A DNA stretch of 64,000 nucleotides from Octopus vulgaris. Lineage: Eukaryota. Position numbers and translations under genes: made by a program. The notes beneath the pieces are model-generated. The model had not been told where the DNA came from. It saw only the letters and a program-made list of their open reading frames with translations, and searched no databases. This document shows positions 38,062 through 51,689 of this stretch, one piece after another (position 1 is the first letter of the stretch; the number at the start of each line of letters is the position of its first letter). The stretch covers positions 101,308,001-101,372,000 of the forward strand of contig OX597815.1 of assembly GCA_951406725.2 (NCBI GenBank), read 5' to 3'.

Positions 38062-38820
38062 ATGATAAAGCACTGTACAAGCAATTGAAAACGAATGAAA
38101 CTGAAAATAGGTGGGTAAAGAAAAGAATACATGGTCAATTTGATAGGGATGTTGAAGGTAAGACAGACAGAGAAAAAAGATGGCTGTGGATGGCTAAAAG
38201 TGATTTAAAACCGGAAACGGAGGCTCTAATCTGTGCTGTTCAAGAGCAAGCACTAAGAACAAACAACATAAAATACAGAATAGACAACGCAGCAGGAAGC
38301 GATAAGAGCAGAATCTGTGGATAAAACGGTGAAATAGTATCGCATATTACCAGCGAATGTATGCCACTTGCCCAGAAGGAATATGAGACGCCAGGCTTGT
38401 CCATTGTACTCTCTGCAACAAGTATAGACTTGACAGAGTAAAAAATTGATGCGACCACAAACCTGAAGGCATCGTCGAAAATAGAAATGCAAAGATCCTA
38501 TGGGGTTTTATGATTCAGTGCGACCATGAGATAGAGAATAGGAAGCCGGATATAGTCTTAATTGAGAAAGAAAACGTACTATGCTGGATCATAGATATAG
38601 CATGCCCAGCTGACAACAAGGCATGCGATAAGGACGAAAGAAAAGTCGAGAGATATGGCAGGTTAGCTTGGGAAGTTAAGTAGTTGTGGTCGATGAAAAA
38701 GGTAGCAGTAGTACTAACAACAGTCGGAACCCTGGGAACAGTGAGTAAAAATTTCGAGAAGTACGTGGAACAAATAGGGGCTGCAATAAGGGTGGAACAC
38801 TTGCAGAAAACAACACTTTG
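38062..38820 (+). mobile_element. R4/Dong-like RLE LINE fragment (zinc knuckle plus RLE nuclease)
   Basis: HGQF...W.W.....LK.ETEALICA.QEQAL.T, CRIC-like knuckle, RKPDIV....IDIACP.D, V..LG.V motifs, with stops. Confidence 0.85.
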
Positions 38821-39790
38821 TTTCAGCAAGGACATCGAGATGAGCATGGGTTGGACAAATGTGCCAAAGTGACATTAGGAAGAAGCAAATTAATCAGTGC
38901 TGAAAACATTGCATTCGACATAGACACAGAAATCAGAGAATTAGACTATAATTGCCCGTACAATTAGAAATAGGAATAGACGAAACAGCTAAAATAAAAC
39001 ACACCGAAATGGAAGAGAAAATTAAGAGAGAATATTACAGAAGAGTTAAACTAATATTATATGCTGAACTCAATGCTAAAAATAAGATAATAGGGATAAA
39101 TACGTTAACCAAACCAGTAATAAATTACAGCTTTATCAGAATTAACTGGAAGATTAGAGAACTGAGAAACTTAGAAAAACCAGGAAACTATTAACAACAC
39201 ACCGAAGTCATTGCCTTAAAGCAGACAGAGACAGAATATATCTACCCCACTCAAAAGGAGGTCGAGGCGTGACAGATAGAGAACTACTATAAAGTAACGG
39301 GTGAACTAGAAAAATACTAAGAAACAAAAGTGAATGATTGTTACATGAAATAAAGCAAAACGATAAAAAAAAAATGAAAACACCTTTCTTTATAGACCAG
39401 GAAGCGAAAAATTACAAAATAGAAGCAGGCTACACGGAAACATTAATCTCAGATGACAACACTGCAGAAATGATCAAAGAGACAAAAAAACAAAAAAAAC
39501 CCAAAAAAACAAAGACAAAACAACAACATGAAAACAGAATTACAAAACATTCTAAAGGAGAAATGGAGGGAAAAGTCACTCCATGACTAATACTCTGTAA
39601 GGCTTGACAGAGAAGTGAACCTAAGTCATAGCTAACAGTGGCCCCAAAACTAAATACAAAAACGGAAGGACTGATTCTCGTTGCACAAGACCAATGCCTG
39701 ACCACTAAGAACTATAAAAGCAAAATAATGAAAACAGGTCCCAACAGCAAATGCAGAATGTGCAACCAACAGAATGAGACAGTTGACCAC
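38821..39790 (+). mobile_element. Second R4/Dong-like fragment (RT thumb to zinc knuckle)
   Basis: EYYRRVKLIL..ELNAKNKI..IN....PV..YSF...NW, GGRG motif, TEGLILVAQDQCLTTKNY...CRMCNQQNETVDHI; ends in (TATC)n. Confidence 0.8.
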
Positions 39791-39831
<41 letters not shown>

Positions 39832-40273
39832 CTTTTAAGACGGTAAAATGTGATTTCAAGGAGATTTGGCTGTTATTTTAGTGGATCTTCTGGCCCACAT
39901 ATGGTTCCTCAGCAATCATATTTTCATAAGAGATTTTGTGTTCCAGTCAAAGAAATCAATAAGAACCAATAAAGAATAGTTTTTTAATGACGTCAGTTAT
40001 GTGAAAGCTGATAGGTATTAAGTCTTTGTTTAAACTTATGTTAAGGTCAAGCCTTAACTGTTCGTGATATTTTGAGTTTTTAAACATTTATATTGACCGC
40101 TACCATATTGGCTACATAGAATATCCGTGTGTATATTTGTTCCTGTGGACACACACATACATACACATATGCACACACACTCGCCCCCCTCCACACAAGC
40201 ACAAGCACCCACACTCAAATACAGGCACAGATATCCATACACGATATATTTAGATAGACAGACAGACAGAAAA

Positions 40274-40304
<31 letters not shown>

Positions 40305-40602
40305 CCGAGTATTATCCAAATTCGCATCTCGTAAATGTGCCCGCCGGACAGATGTTGAAAATGATTGTAGCATAAAGTTTTAACAAGTTAGACGAACACG
40401 TATTTACATTATCGTTGACTCACATTCTGTTAACGCTCGCTTTAAGTAATGACTGGCCGTAATACACAAACTGGAGAGTCGGGTTCAAATATTGAGTTCT
40501 AAATGAGAGACAAAACCGACAATATATTTTGTGATAGGCGGTATATAAATTGATTATACCCTCCCCTTAGTATCTGCCACTCATTTATTTTTGCTCGTGA
40601 GG

Positions 40603-40903
40603 TTGCGTGGCTTGGTGGTTAGGGCATTCGGCTCATGATCGTAAGGTTGTGAGTTCGATTCCCGGTGACGCGTTCTGTCCTTGATCAAGACACTTTATTT
40701 TACGATGCTCCATTCCACTCAGCTGACAAAAATGAGTAGTACCTGTATTTCAAAGGGCCAGCCTTGTCACATTCTGTGTCATGCTGAATCTCCTTGCGAA
40801 CTACGTTAAGGGTACACGTGTCTGTGAAACGTTAATTTCACGAGCAAGCTGTTCTGTTGATCGAATCAGCTGGGACCATCGTCGTCATAACCGACAGAGT
40901 GCT
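40603..40903 (+). mobile_element. tRNA-derived SINE family C
   Basis: GCGTGGCTTGGTGGTTAGG (A box), GAGTTCGATTCC (B box), GTCCTTGATCAAGACACT, 3' end CGTCGTCATAACCGACAGAGTGC. Matches 50637-50950 (+) and 49436-49810 (-). Confidence 0.85.
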
Positions 40904-41889
40904 CCTTTATTTTTGTTAGCATGAAAGGATGAAAGGCGAAGTCGACTTTGACGAAATTTGAATTCTAAACGAGGTGCGCCGAACTAAATACCTCAAGGTA
41001 TTTTATCTAACACTAACGATTCTTTCTATTAATCGCCCTAATCCTAACCATAAATATGGTACATGTATGTGTCTGCGGTGTATACCCATATATGTGTGTG
41101 TTTATGTAAAATCAGTGACATAGTTGGTTACGAGCGAAAGTCTCAGAAAGCCGATTACAAGCGGATCTGTGGTAATTTCTGAATGGCCAGAAAATATTTG
41201 TCCCCAATATTTTCTGATCATAGAGCGGTAAATTCTCGCTGTGAGATTCAGTTTCTAAAAACCGAATGTTCTTTCAATGTATGTTAGTCTTATTGTGATT
41301 ACTTTTGCGACTGCCTTTCTCTAAAGCTATAGAACTTTTGTATGGTTCATGCAGAAAATTTGCTCATACCACCGAAACTGCTCATTGCAGATTTCTTATT
41401 TCTATGCCAACTTCGAACTCTATGCAGAAATTACTTGTTACTTAATGAAGTGAAATAGAAGGTCCACATCGATGATGCTACTCGTTATTTAGCTTCAGGT
41501 CAGACCTGAACGAGCAGATCGATGATTAAAAATGCCCATGTAATAAACGCCTGTTTTTAAATGAAAGAAGCACATCATACCTTTTAGAAGAATGACCTAT
41601 TATTTTTTCAAGAAAACAGTTGACAGTTACTTAGAAATTTCTGCTATATAACATGTAACCTTTGGCAGGCTGTCCCATTATGAATACACAGCCGAAATTT
41701 CTTAACCTCACCATTTTCCTTGTATGTGTATATGTATGTGTGTGTGATCCGAGTATATATTTCGATATATCTGTGTACAATATATACAGGGTGCTCAAAG
41801 CTCTAAATTAGAATTAAAAAAATAATGTAATCTATTACACATGGAGAACATATATGTACAATATACTAGGAAGCAGGCATATTAATTTT

Positions 41890-42830
41890 GGCTTCAAATT
41901 TTGGCACAAGACCAGCAATTTTGGGGGTAGGATAGGAATATAAGTCAATTACATCAACCTCAGTGTTCAACTAGTACTTATATTATCGACACCGACAGGA
42001 TGAAAGGCAAAGTCGACCTTGACAGCATTTGAACTCAGAAAGTAAAGACGGACGAAACACACCCAAGTATTTTGCCCGATATACTAACGATTTTGCCAGT
42101 TCACCGCCTTAACACGAATATCAATATTAAAATAAATATTAAAGGTGGTGAGCCGGCAGAACCGTTAGCGTTACGCTTTGAATTCGAATCCCGCCTGGGT
42201 CAGCTTTGCCTTTCATCCTTTCTGGTTCAATAAAATAAAGGCGGCGAGTTGGCAGAAACGTTAGCACGCCGGTCGAAATGTTTGGCGGTATTTCGCCTGC
42301 CGCTACGTTCTGAGTTGAATTTCTGTCGAGGCCGACTTTGCCTTTCATCCTTTCGGGGTCGATTAAATAAGTACCAGTTACGCACTGGGGTCGATATAAT
42401 CGACTTAATCCGTTTGTCTGTCTTTGTTTGTCTCTTCTGTGTTTAGCACCTTGTGGGTAGTAAAGAAATAGGTATTTCGTCTGTCTTTATGTTCTGAGTT
42501 CAAATTCCACCGAGATCGACTTTGCTTTTCATCCTTTCGGGGTCGTTACATTAGTACCAGTTGCGTACTTTAGTACCAGTTGCGTATTCTTTTCTACTCT
42601 AGGTACAAGGCCTGAAATATTAGGGCAGAGTGCCAGTCGATTAGATCCACCAGTTGCGTACGAAAGACAAAGTACGCAACTGGTGGATCTTCTGCCCTAA
42701 TATTTCAGGCCTTGTACCTAGAGTAGAAAAGAATAAAATAAAGTACCTGTCAATTACAGGGGGTCAGTGTAATCGACTTACTCCTATACTGAAAATTGCT
42801 AGTCTGTGGCCAGAATTTGAAAAGATTATT
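41890..42830. mobile_element. SINE family B cluster in both orientations, including an inverted tail pair
   Basis: Minus copy 41890-42110, plus copies 42140-42570, inverted tails 42587-42733. Confidence 0.8.
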
Positions 42831-43682
42831 CATGGTTTGCAAGATGCCTCAAGAGCTCCTGGTTTTCAAAGTGCCTCAAGAGTTTTCTTTCGTACACTGA
42901 TAGAAACAGGTACAACTTCGAAAATATATATACAAATATCCAAGTGTGTTAAATACAACGCGAGAATGCCGAAAATTTACAGATCTTAATATTGCTATGC
43001 TTTGGAACATACTTAAATCTATTCTTAAGACAATCTGTCGATGAACTGACAGCAGTGTTGATGAATCATTCTAGCAAATTGTACTTTGGACACGCGCACA
43101 CGCACGCACCTTAACTACCAGTTTTTCATTCAACAAATATGTTGATATAAATCCTTAGTCTTTCAGCTCGCCTCTGCACTAACTTAGTCATTTGGTATTG
43201 CTAACTCAATGATTAATACACAATGGTCATTTTTGTCATTGAAATTGATTGTGCGTATTATTTTGTTATGTGGTGAATTGTATGATAATTTCCATTGTTA
43301 TTTCTAAAGACAAGATAATGCCGATCGCCTTGTATCTACCATAAAGGCTCATTGTTATTTTCTAAGACAAGTGTATGCTTATAGGACTAAATCTGTTTCT
43401 ATGGGAAGTTGAAAGCGCGTAGATCAGCCTCGTAAGCATTGCTGAAACTCTATGTTTATTTTGTTGGAGTTTGTGTAGGACAGCCGGATACAATTTCGGA
43501 ATGTGTTTCAGAAAATACATCACGATGACGGCATTTGTCGTCTATAATATAACAATTGTAGATATACCTTTCAAAGTATTTAGCTGTAAAGTAAATGTTG
43601 TTTGCTTTTACTGCTCCGCTCTGGTTGGATGAAAACATCAAAGCCTGAATAAGTTTTTCCTCCTCCTCCTCCTCCTCCTCCG

Positions 43683-43743
<61 letters not shown>

Positions 43744-44067
43744 GGCAACAGCAGCAGTAACAGCTAGTTACATATATGTCCATGTGTAGCGTGTGTACAT
43801 GTGTGCATGGATGCGTGAGTATATATATTTGTCTATTAGAATATTAAAAGAAACTGAACATTAAAAATAAAAAAATAACAAAACAGCTAAGAAATAACAA
43901 ACAACATTAAAAATCGAACATCATATGTATATGTATGTATGTATGCATGTATGTATGTATGTATGTATGTATGTATGTATGTATGTATGTATGTATGTAT
44001 GTATGTATGTATGTATGTATGTATGTATGTATGTATGTATGTATGTATGTATGTGGGAGTATATGTA

Positions 44068-44129
<62 letters not shown>

Positions 44130-44217
44130 TATATACATACATACATACATACATACATACATACATACATACATACATACATACATACATGCATACATAC
44201 ATACATACATACATACA

Positions 44218-44251
<34 letters not shown>

Positions 44252-45892
44252 CTTGTTGATTGCTACCAAGTCACTGAAACAACCATATTCACTAAATACT
44301 GAATACAACTTTTATTTCTTTATCAATGTTAATTTTATGTAGAATCGGCTTTTCATGTCTACGCTTGAGAAGAGTTAATGGAATATATGATAAACTTAGC
44401 AAAGGGTCGGCATTGCGCCGTCTTCGCCAAGTCCCTTAACGCAAGCATGACTGTGTGTGTATATAAGTAGTTCGCTTCACAATCACGTAGTTCCTGGTTC
44501 AATGCCCTTGAGGTGCTCCAATTCTTGTGAAAATTAGGTAAGTACTGTACAAAAGCCCGTCAAATGAGCTGTATTTGTTCAGTGGTGATAGGTTGAAACC
44601 GTCAATCTGTTTGACACCAAACTTTAGCCTTGAGGAATATTTTTTCGCTGAACTCATTCTGTTGCAAGTATTCAGATGATGTCACCATTGTGAGAACAAA
44701 TGCACTTGCTTTTTAGAATACACGTATTCTCTCCCACTACCTCCTATTACACCACCACCATTATGTCATGCTAGTTTCATACATAAAGGTTATTGATATT
44801 TTTTCTTTAGACCGTCTATTTTTTTTATTTTAGATTAAATTTTTTTTTAGATAACTGGATAGTTGAAAGACGTGACATTGACACTAATATATTTTTTCAT
44901 CAGAGATATTGACCTCAGTATTTCAGTAGAATTTCCCACGAAAACAAAACCTAATCGAAATTATTTTAGAAATTTGTTAAATGTTGTTGTTGCTGCTGTG
45001 TTGTTTAACCATGGATTAGACTTGATCAAGCAGACATGATCAAAAATGTCCTAGCCTTGGCAATCCAGGTTTTAAATATTTAATATATAACTACATTAAT
45101 TGATGTGAGGCTTCTTTTCTGCAGGCAGCATGAAGTGTTTTAAAGTAGATCTAATTGCTACATCTAGCAGGTTCAGCGACTACGTAGATGCTGTCTTGTT
45201 GACAGTTACTAAATAATATACTCGTTGACAAGTTACTAATAATATGTTCGTTGACAATTAATAATATATTGTCAATTATCGCCAAATGTTTGAAGTATGA
45301 AATGTCTGGACAATAATGAAAAATAATCTTTTCTAATTCTGGTGCAAGGCCTGCAGTTTTAGGGAGTATGTGACTCGATTTCATCGACCTCAGTATTTAA
45401 GTGGGAATGTATTATCGACTCCAAAAAGATTAAAAGCAAAGTCGACCTCGGCGGTATTTGAACGTAGAACTAGCGTAGCTAGTGTGTGTGCCACTCTGGG
45501 TGGCCCTTCCGTTTGCCACCCCCGGATCCCACAAAAAAACACATATTGCTTACAGCAGACCCACAAAAGTGGTATCCTTTTAAAAGTGTCGCCCCTAGGT
45601 ATGCTAGTGCATAGAACAAAATTGGTCATAGCATTCGGGTCATGACCATTTACTCTTCAGAGTCATTGCGTATCTAAGACTATATTATTCAATGTCTTCC
45701 TCCTTTTTATAATAGACTGTTAAAGAGGATGATATAAAATAAACAGTGATAGAAGATATAGTATATTAGGCTGTGTGAGAGAGAGGATATTATGTATCCT
45801 CTCTCACATATATCAGGTAATGAGAGAGGATATAACATACGTCACTGTGACAGATGCTGTTATATAAAATACAGTTATACAGTGGTGGAGAA

Positions 45893-46910
45893 TCTATATA
45901 TTAATACGCTTGTACCATCGGTGTTTGTCACGCTAAGGGAAATAAGCCAGGATTAAATTCGAGTTATTTCCCTTGGCTTCTGGACTGGCATTGCTGCAAT
46001 ACTCTTCAAAGGTGGTAAAACTCTTTACCGTATATTCAAGCTTCCAGTTCCTTTGAGTGAAACTTGTGTGTGCAATATTCTACCAAATTGTGACTAAGGA
46101 AACATTCTTAGGCGAGTAAAAGACTTCATTATTGACGAAGCTTCTATGATACCAGTTTATGCTTTGAAAGCTATAGATAATGGTTTAAGAGATATTATGA
46201 ATAGTAATAGTATATTTGGTGGGAAAATTATCGTACTAGGAGGAGATTTTAGACAAGTTATTCCAGTTCCCAGAGCTCCTCCTGCAGCTGTATTTGGTGC
46301 CTGCCTCAAATGCTCCTCTATGTGGGATAATTTTCATCAAATGCAACTTACGCAAAACATGAGAACAAATGCAAATGAACAAGATTTTTTGAGGTGGCTA
46401 CTACAACTTGGAAGTGGATTTCTTCAAAGCTCTCTAGATAATCTTGCAGAAGATACTATTGATGTTCCTGAGGCACCCATATGTAACAATTCTTTGGTAT
46501 CTGATATATTTGGAAATTGTACAACAGAAGAAATGGAAACTAGAGTGATCTTATCCCCTAAAAATTCGGACTGCTTAGTAGTAAATGAAGAAATTCTAAG
46601 TAGATTGCCCACTGAAACTAAGACGTATCTAAGCACCAACGCAGTAACTTCTGATAATAAAGAAGAAACTCAGAATTATCTCATGGAGTTTATAAACGAA
46701 CTTAAACTTTCTGGAACGCCTCCCCATCGCCTTAACTTAAAAGTTGGAGCAATTATTATGCTTCTTAGAAACCCTTCTATAACACAAGGTCTATGCAACG
46801 GAACTCGCTTAGAAGTACTCTAGCTCCACGGGCATGGCATCGAAGCGTCAATTGTAAGTGGATCTCATTCTCATACGAGAGTACTGATTCCAAGAATCAA
46901 ACTTTGTATA
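45893..46910 (+). mobile_element. Internally deleted Helitron (5' TC end fused to PIF1-like helicase region)
   Basis: A|TCTATATATTAAT start with hairpin AAGGGAAATAA/TTATTTCCCTT, then WTGIAA...GG.T, IIDEASM, FGGK.IVLGGDFRQV.PV, LTQNMR, PPH.L.LKVGA.IMLLRN...GLCNGTRL. Intronless, with stops. Confidence 0.9.
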
Positions 46911-47230
46911 TGGTCCGATATGAACAAGGAGAAAATTTCAAAGAGCCGATATTCTAAAGTAGGGACAGAACGCAGTGGTTAGTGCGGGGCCGGGGGTAGA
47001 TGGATGTAACAAGTGGAGAGACGGATGGGTCGAAGGTGCTTGAATGGTGGGGGTATGGCGCCATCCAGCTCCGAAGAACTGAGGTCAATGTAGTAATGAT
47101 AAAAAAAAGATAACGAGAGGAGACAGCACACCAGTGAGCCAGAGGCTGGAGTGTGTCCCTTAGTAATTAAATGCAATTTAGTCGAGTGGCCCTTCTCTGG
47201 ATGCGGTTCAGGATGTCTGTGTGCTGAGCA
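46911..47230 (-). mobile_element. Jockey/CR1-group LINE RT C-terminal remnant (related piece at ~29030-29290, +)
   Basis: LQPLAH..AVSSL..FY.YY..L.SSEL..AIPPP; the 29 kb copy reads AVSSLFLFYRYYSDLC.S.LA.LMPP. Confidence 0.6.
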
Positions 47231-47508
47231 ATATATTTAGTAGGGTGTTAAACTTGTGTTCTAGTTTTGTCAAATGTAACTATTTTTTCATGAAATTCAA
47301 GTTTCTGATTTTGAACCATTCTGGTTAATAGTTTATTATATTTAAAGAATCGTATTATAGTAAATACAAATGTTGACGTGTGTGTGGTCATGTCCCCATT
47401 TTTTAATATCTAGCATTCTAATACATGCAGAGGAATGCAAATAAACATTATTTACATGATTTACATTTGACGGATATTTGTCCTCATCTTGTTTGTTGTT
47501 ACCACAAC

Positions 47509-47509
<1 letters not shown>

Positions 47510-47577
<68 letters not shown>

Positions 47578-47713
47578 ACACTGTCTGGAATCGAACTCGG
47601 AATCTTGGGGTTAGTAGCCCGCGCTCTTAACCACTAAACAATATGCACGTGGCGTAGTGATTAAGAGCGCGGGCTACTAACCCCAAGATTCCGAGTTCGA
47701 TTCCAGGCAGTGT

Positions 47714-47782
<69 letters not shown>
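47510..47782. repeat. Palindrome of head-to-head tRNA-like SINE heads extended by (TTA)n/(TAA)n
   Basis: Arms 47572-47636 and 47655-47719 (2 mismatches), 18-nt loop; A box TGGCGTAGTG(A/G)TT and B box GAGTTCGATTCC. Confidence 0.9.
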
Positions 47783-47784
<2 letters not shown>

Positions 47785-48465
47785 TTACAAGTAACTGCAG
47801 AATATGTGGAGATGGACAAGAAACAATAAATCATATTATCTCTAGCTACCCAGTCCTGGCTAAGAAGGAATATATTCACAGACATGACAGAGTTGGAACC
47901 TACATACATTGGAAGCTATGCCAACATTATGGAATAACAACAGAAAAAAGATGGTATAGGCACACACCAGAAAAGGTCACAGAAAACGAGAAAGCAACCA
48001 TACTCTGGGATATGCTGATACACACAGATAGAGAAATTAAGGCCAACAGACCAGATATAGCTGTCAGAGATCATGAAGAAAAAAAATGCTTTCTAATTGA
48101 TGTATCAATACCGGCAGATGACAACGTTTCTCTAAAAGAAATGGAGAAACTCTCAAAATACAAAGACCTGGAAATAGAGGTAACTAGAATGTGGAATCTG
48201 AAAACAGAAACAATTCCTATCATAGTAGGTGCATTAGGCATGATAAAAAAATATTCAGACAAATACATAACAAAAACACCAGGACTTACAAACACATATA
48301 ACATACAGAAAATTGCACTACTAGGCACTGCACACATCCTACGCAGAACACTTTCCATACAATAACCATCAGAGCATCACAACAAATCACAGCACATACC
48401 CAAGGCACACAGAGCTGCGCTCGGTAGTGAAGTGAAAGCACGCTATAAAAATAAAAATAAAACTA

Positions 48466-48470
<5 letters not shown>
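47783..48470 (+). mobile_element. Young 5'-truncated Dong-like RLE LINE inserted in (TAA)n
   Basis: RHD.V...IHW.LC, ILWD..I.TD....ANRPDI...IDVSIP.D...KE.EK.SKY.DL, PIIVGALG, QK.ALLGTAHILRRTL*. Pure (TAA)n on both sides, the known Dong target. Confidence 0.9.
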
Positions 48471-48535
<65 letters not shown>

Positions 48536-49435
48536 TCGAAAAATATCTTAAGAATGAGAACCCAGGTTCGAAATTTCCCGAAGACACCTGATAAAGGCTG
48601 GAGGGTATATCAGCCGAAACGTGTTAACAACGAATAAGATGACAAATATCCGTCAAATGTAAATATAGAACTGAATGCAAATAAAGCCTGATTATATAGG
48701 TAGTTTTGGTCGTAGATTTAGGTTTCACACGTATTTACAGTATTTATCAATTAGGAATCACCAATAGATTTTAATGTGTCAGGACCGGAAACTTGGTACC
48801 TTACATGTTTACCTGATGTGATAGCTGGTAACCTATTCTTATAGTGTGAGACTTGTCCTTTGTATCAAGTGATAACAAGGCTTGTATTGATTAAGATTTT
48901 CTTAACATTCTGTGTTCAAATGCCGATAATGTCGACTTTGTCTTTCGTCTTTCCCAGACAAATATTTAGTTAAGATCTTTTTCATTCTGAGTTTAAACCC
49001 ACCAAGGTCAACTTTTCTTTAATCCCACCTGGGCCGTAAAAGTCAAGTACTGAAATAGATTTAATTGACTATGTCCTCCTTCCTAATTCTGGCATTGCAC
49101 CAACGTTGCAATTTAGAATTACTTACTATTACTATTATTCAATATTTGTTGAAACAACATTATTCTGTTTCTAAAAACAGTTTGATTTTGACATAAATAG
49201 TAATAATTTTTGTAAGGCTACATATAACAGCGTGACACGATGGTTTAGAGATAATGAAGTGTCGGCTTTATTTAGAATTACATACATGAGATCGTGTTAA
49301 GCTACTGATGTGTGATGTGTAAAAACTAGGAGCTAACTACTGAAACTTCGGGATAAGCTTCTTTATAAATTAATAATTTTTTGTCGCAGATGATGTTAGT
49401 GAGTGAAAAACAACAAGAGGTGATATGTTGCTATG

Positions 49436-49810
49436 TGTGGCACTCCGTCGGTTGCGACGACGAGGGTTCCAGTTGATCCGATCAACAGAACACCTTGCTC
49501 GTGAAATTAACGTGCAAGTGGTTGAGCGTTCCACTGACACTTGTACCCTTAATGTAGTTCTCGGGGATATTCAGCGTGACACTGAGTATGACAAGGTTGG
49601 CCCTATGAAATATAGCTACAACAGAAACAGGAAGAAAGGGTGAGAGTAAGTTGTGGTAAGAGTACAGCAGGGTTCGCTACCACTCCCTCCTTCGTGGATA
49701 TTTACGTGTTTTCGCTCAATAAACACTCATAATGCTCGGTCTGGGAATCGAAACCACGATCCTACAACCGCGAGTCCGCTTCCCTAACCACTGGGCCATT
49801 GCGCCTCCAC
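49436..49810 (-). mobile_element. SINE family C variant (different middle segment)
   Basis: Minus head GTGGAGGCGCAATGGCCCAGTGGTTAGGG...GGTTTCGATTCCC; 3' part is the reverse complement of the 40780-40903 block. Confidence 0.8.
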
Positions 49811-50636
49811 TATGTTGCTATAGTTTATATCTGGAGTTCACACTCATGTTCTAAAATTGTTTAAAGAAATGTTGGACATATTGAGATGACTTGTCCTTGA
49901 TTCCCTCCGTGGAGGGATGTCCATCCTACTGTATAGGATTATCACTTAAAAAATAACTGATGTGATTATTATGATACAGAGACGTACGAGCAGCTAAATC
50001 AGATGTAAGCTTTGGTAGTGAAATTTAAATTTATGAAAGAAAAAATCGTTACAAAACAAGTAAAGTGGTAGACTGTACCGTGGGTGTAAATTTGAGTGAT
50101 AAAATGCTGAGAATAATAAAGTCAATTATTATGATAAAAGGAAATAAGTTCAGAGTTAGTACATCTAAGTGTTACAATGCAATTTGACGGTTGACTACAA
50201 CTTTCTGAAACTCGCAGGTTGAATAACGACTTAACATTGTGGAATAAAAGAAGGTTGAGGATTGTTTTCTCAACGCATAGTTAAGAAAATTCCATATTGT
50301 TAATAGGTATGTTTAACGTGTCATTCAGGCGGTTGTTTAATTATAGATTTTGTAGATGTGCCTATCTTTGTTGTCAGTAGACTTTATTATAACTTATATA
50401 TGTTTTGTAACTCATGGAAAGCAATTTAATCTTCATGTTTTCAACAATTTATATACTAGTTTCTACAAGCCCTTATTTAATGCCATGTTGATGAGGTGCG
50501 TGCATCATTTTCTTTCAGAAATCTTGAGCTATGTGTAGATGCTACATCAGCTTTATTCATTGTATGAGTGGTTTTGCCAATTCTGGTGTCATTTTACGGT
50601 TCAGTTTATTTGTTGTGTATAATCTGTGCAGTGAAA

Positions 50637-50950
50637 GCGCGTGGCTCAATGTTTAGGGTATTCAGCTTACGATCGTAAGGTCATGAGTTCAAATCTGGCG
50701 ACGCGTTGTGTTCTTGAGCAAGACACTATATTTCACGTTGCTCCAGTCCAGTCAGCTGGCAAAAACGAATAGTACCTGTATTTTAAAGTGTCAGCCTTGT
50801 CACACTCTGTCACGCTGAATCTCCCTGAGAAGTAACTTAAGATTATACGTGTCTGTGGAGTGCTCAGCCACTTGCACATTAATTTCACGAGCAGATTGAT
50901 CCGTTGATCAAATCAACTGGAACCCTCGTCGTCGTAACCAACGGAGTGCC
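50637..50950 (+). mobile_element. SINE family C
   Basis: Colinear with 40603-40903. Confidence 0.85.
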
Positions 50951-51527
50951 AGTGTCAGTTATATGGTATAATCTATGTATTGTGAGTCGTGCTATTTTGT
51001 TGGGTGGTAAGGCGGCGAGCTGGCAGAAACGTTAGCGGTATTTCGTCTACCACTACGTTCTGAGTTCAAATTCCGCCATGGTCGACTTCGCCTTTTATCC
51101 TTTCGGGGTCGATAAATCAATTACCAGTTGAGTATTGGGGTCAATGTCATCGACTTGCTCCTTCCCCCGAAATTTCAGGTCTTGTGCCTAGAGTAGAAAA
51201 GTTATTTTGTTGGGTGGTTATTGAGTTTCGTATATGTTGTGTAATGTATTGTAGTGATTGTGCAGAGTATGTACTGTATGGCTTCTCTATTATTATTGGA
51301 TCGCAGTTGTAAAGAAATGAGCATTGTTTCAGTTGTTGCTCTTATAGTGTCAGTTATCAATTATTTATGAATATATTGAGTAGCGACTGTAGAAGGTGTG
51401 CCGAAGTCGACTTTGCCTTTCATCCTTTCGGGGTCGATAAATTAAGTACCACTGAAACACTAGGGGGTCAATGTAATCGACTTATTTCGTCCTCCAGAAT
51501 GGCTACCCTTGTAGCAAAATTTGAAAC

Positions 51528-51568
<41 letters not shown>

Positions 51569-51592
51569 TCATTATCATTATTATTATTATTA

Positions 51593-51659
<67 letters not shown>

Positions 51660-51689
51660 GTTATTATTATTATTCAGTAGTCTTTTTTT

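Noticed and set aside
46146-46823. Host PIF1 helicase gene
   Set aside because: Intronless, flanked by in-frame stops, and preceded by a Helitron-type 5' end; it is a Helitron RepHel fragment.
47650-47719. Functional tRNA gene (ACT anticodon-like loop)
   Set aside because: The acceptor stem does not pair, there is no oligo-T terminator, and it is embedded in a palindromic repeat; treated as a SINE head.
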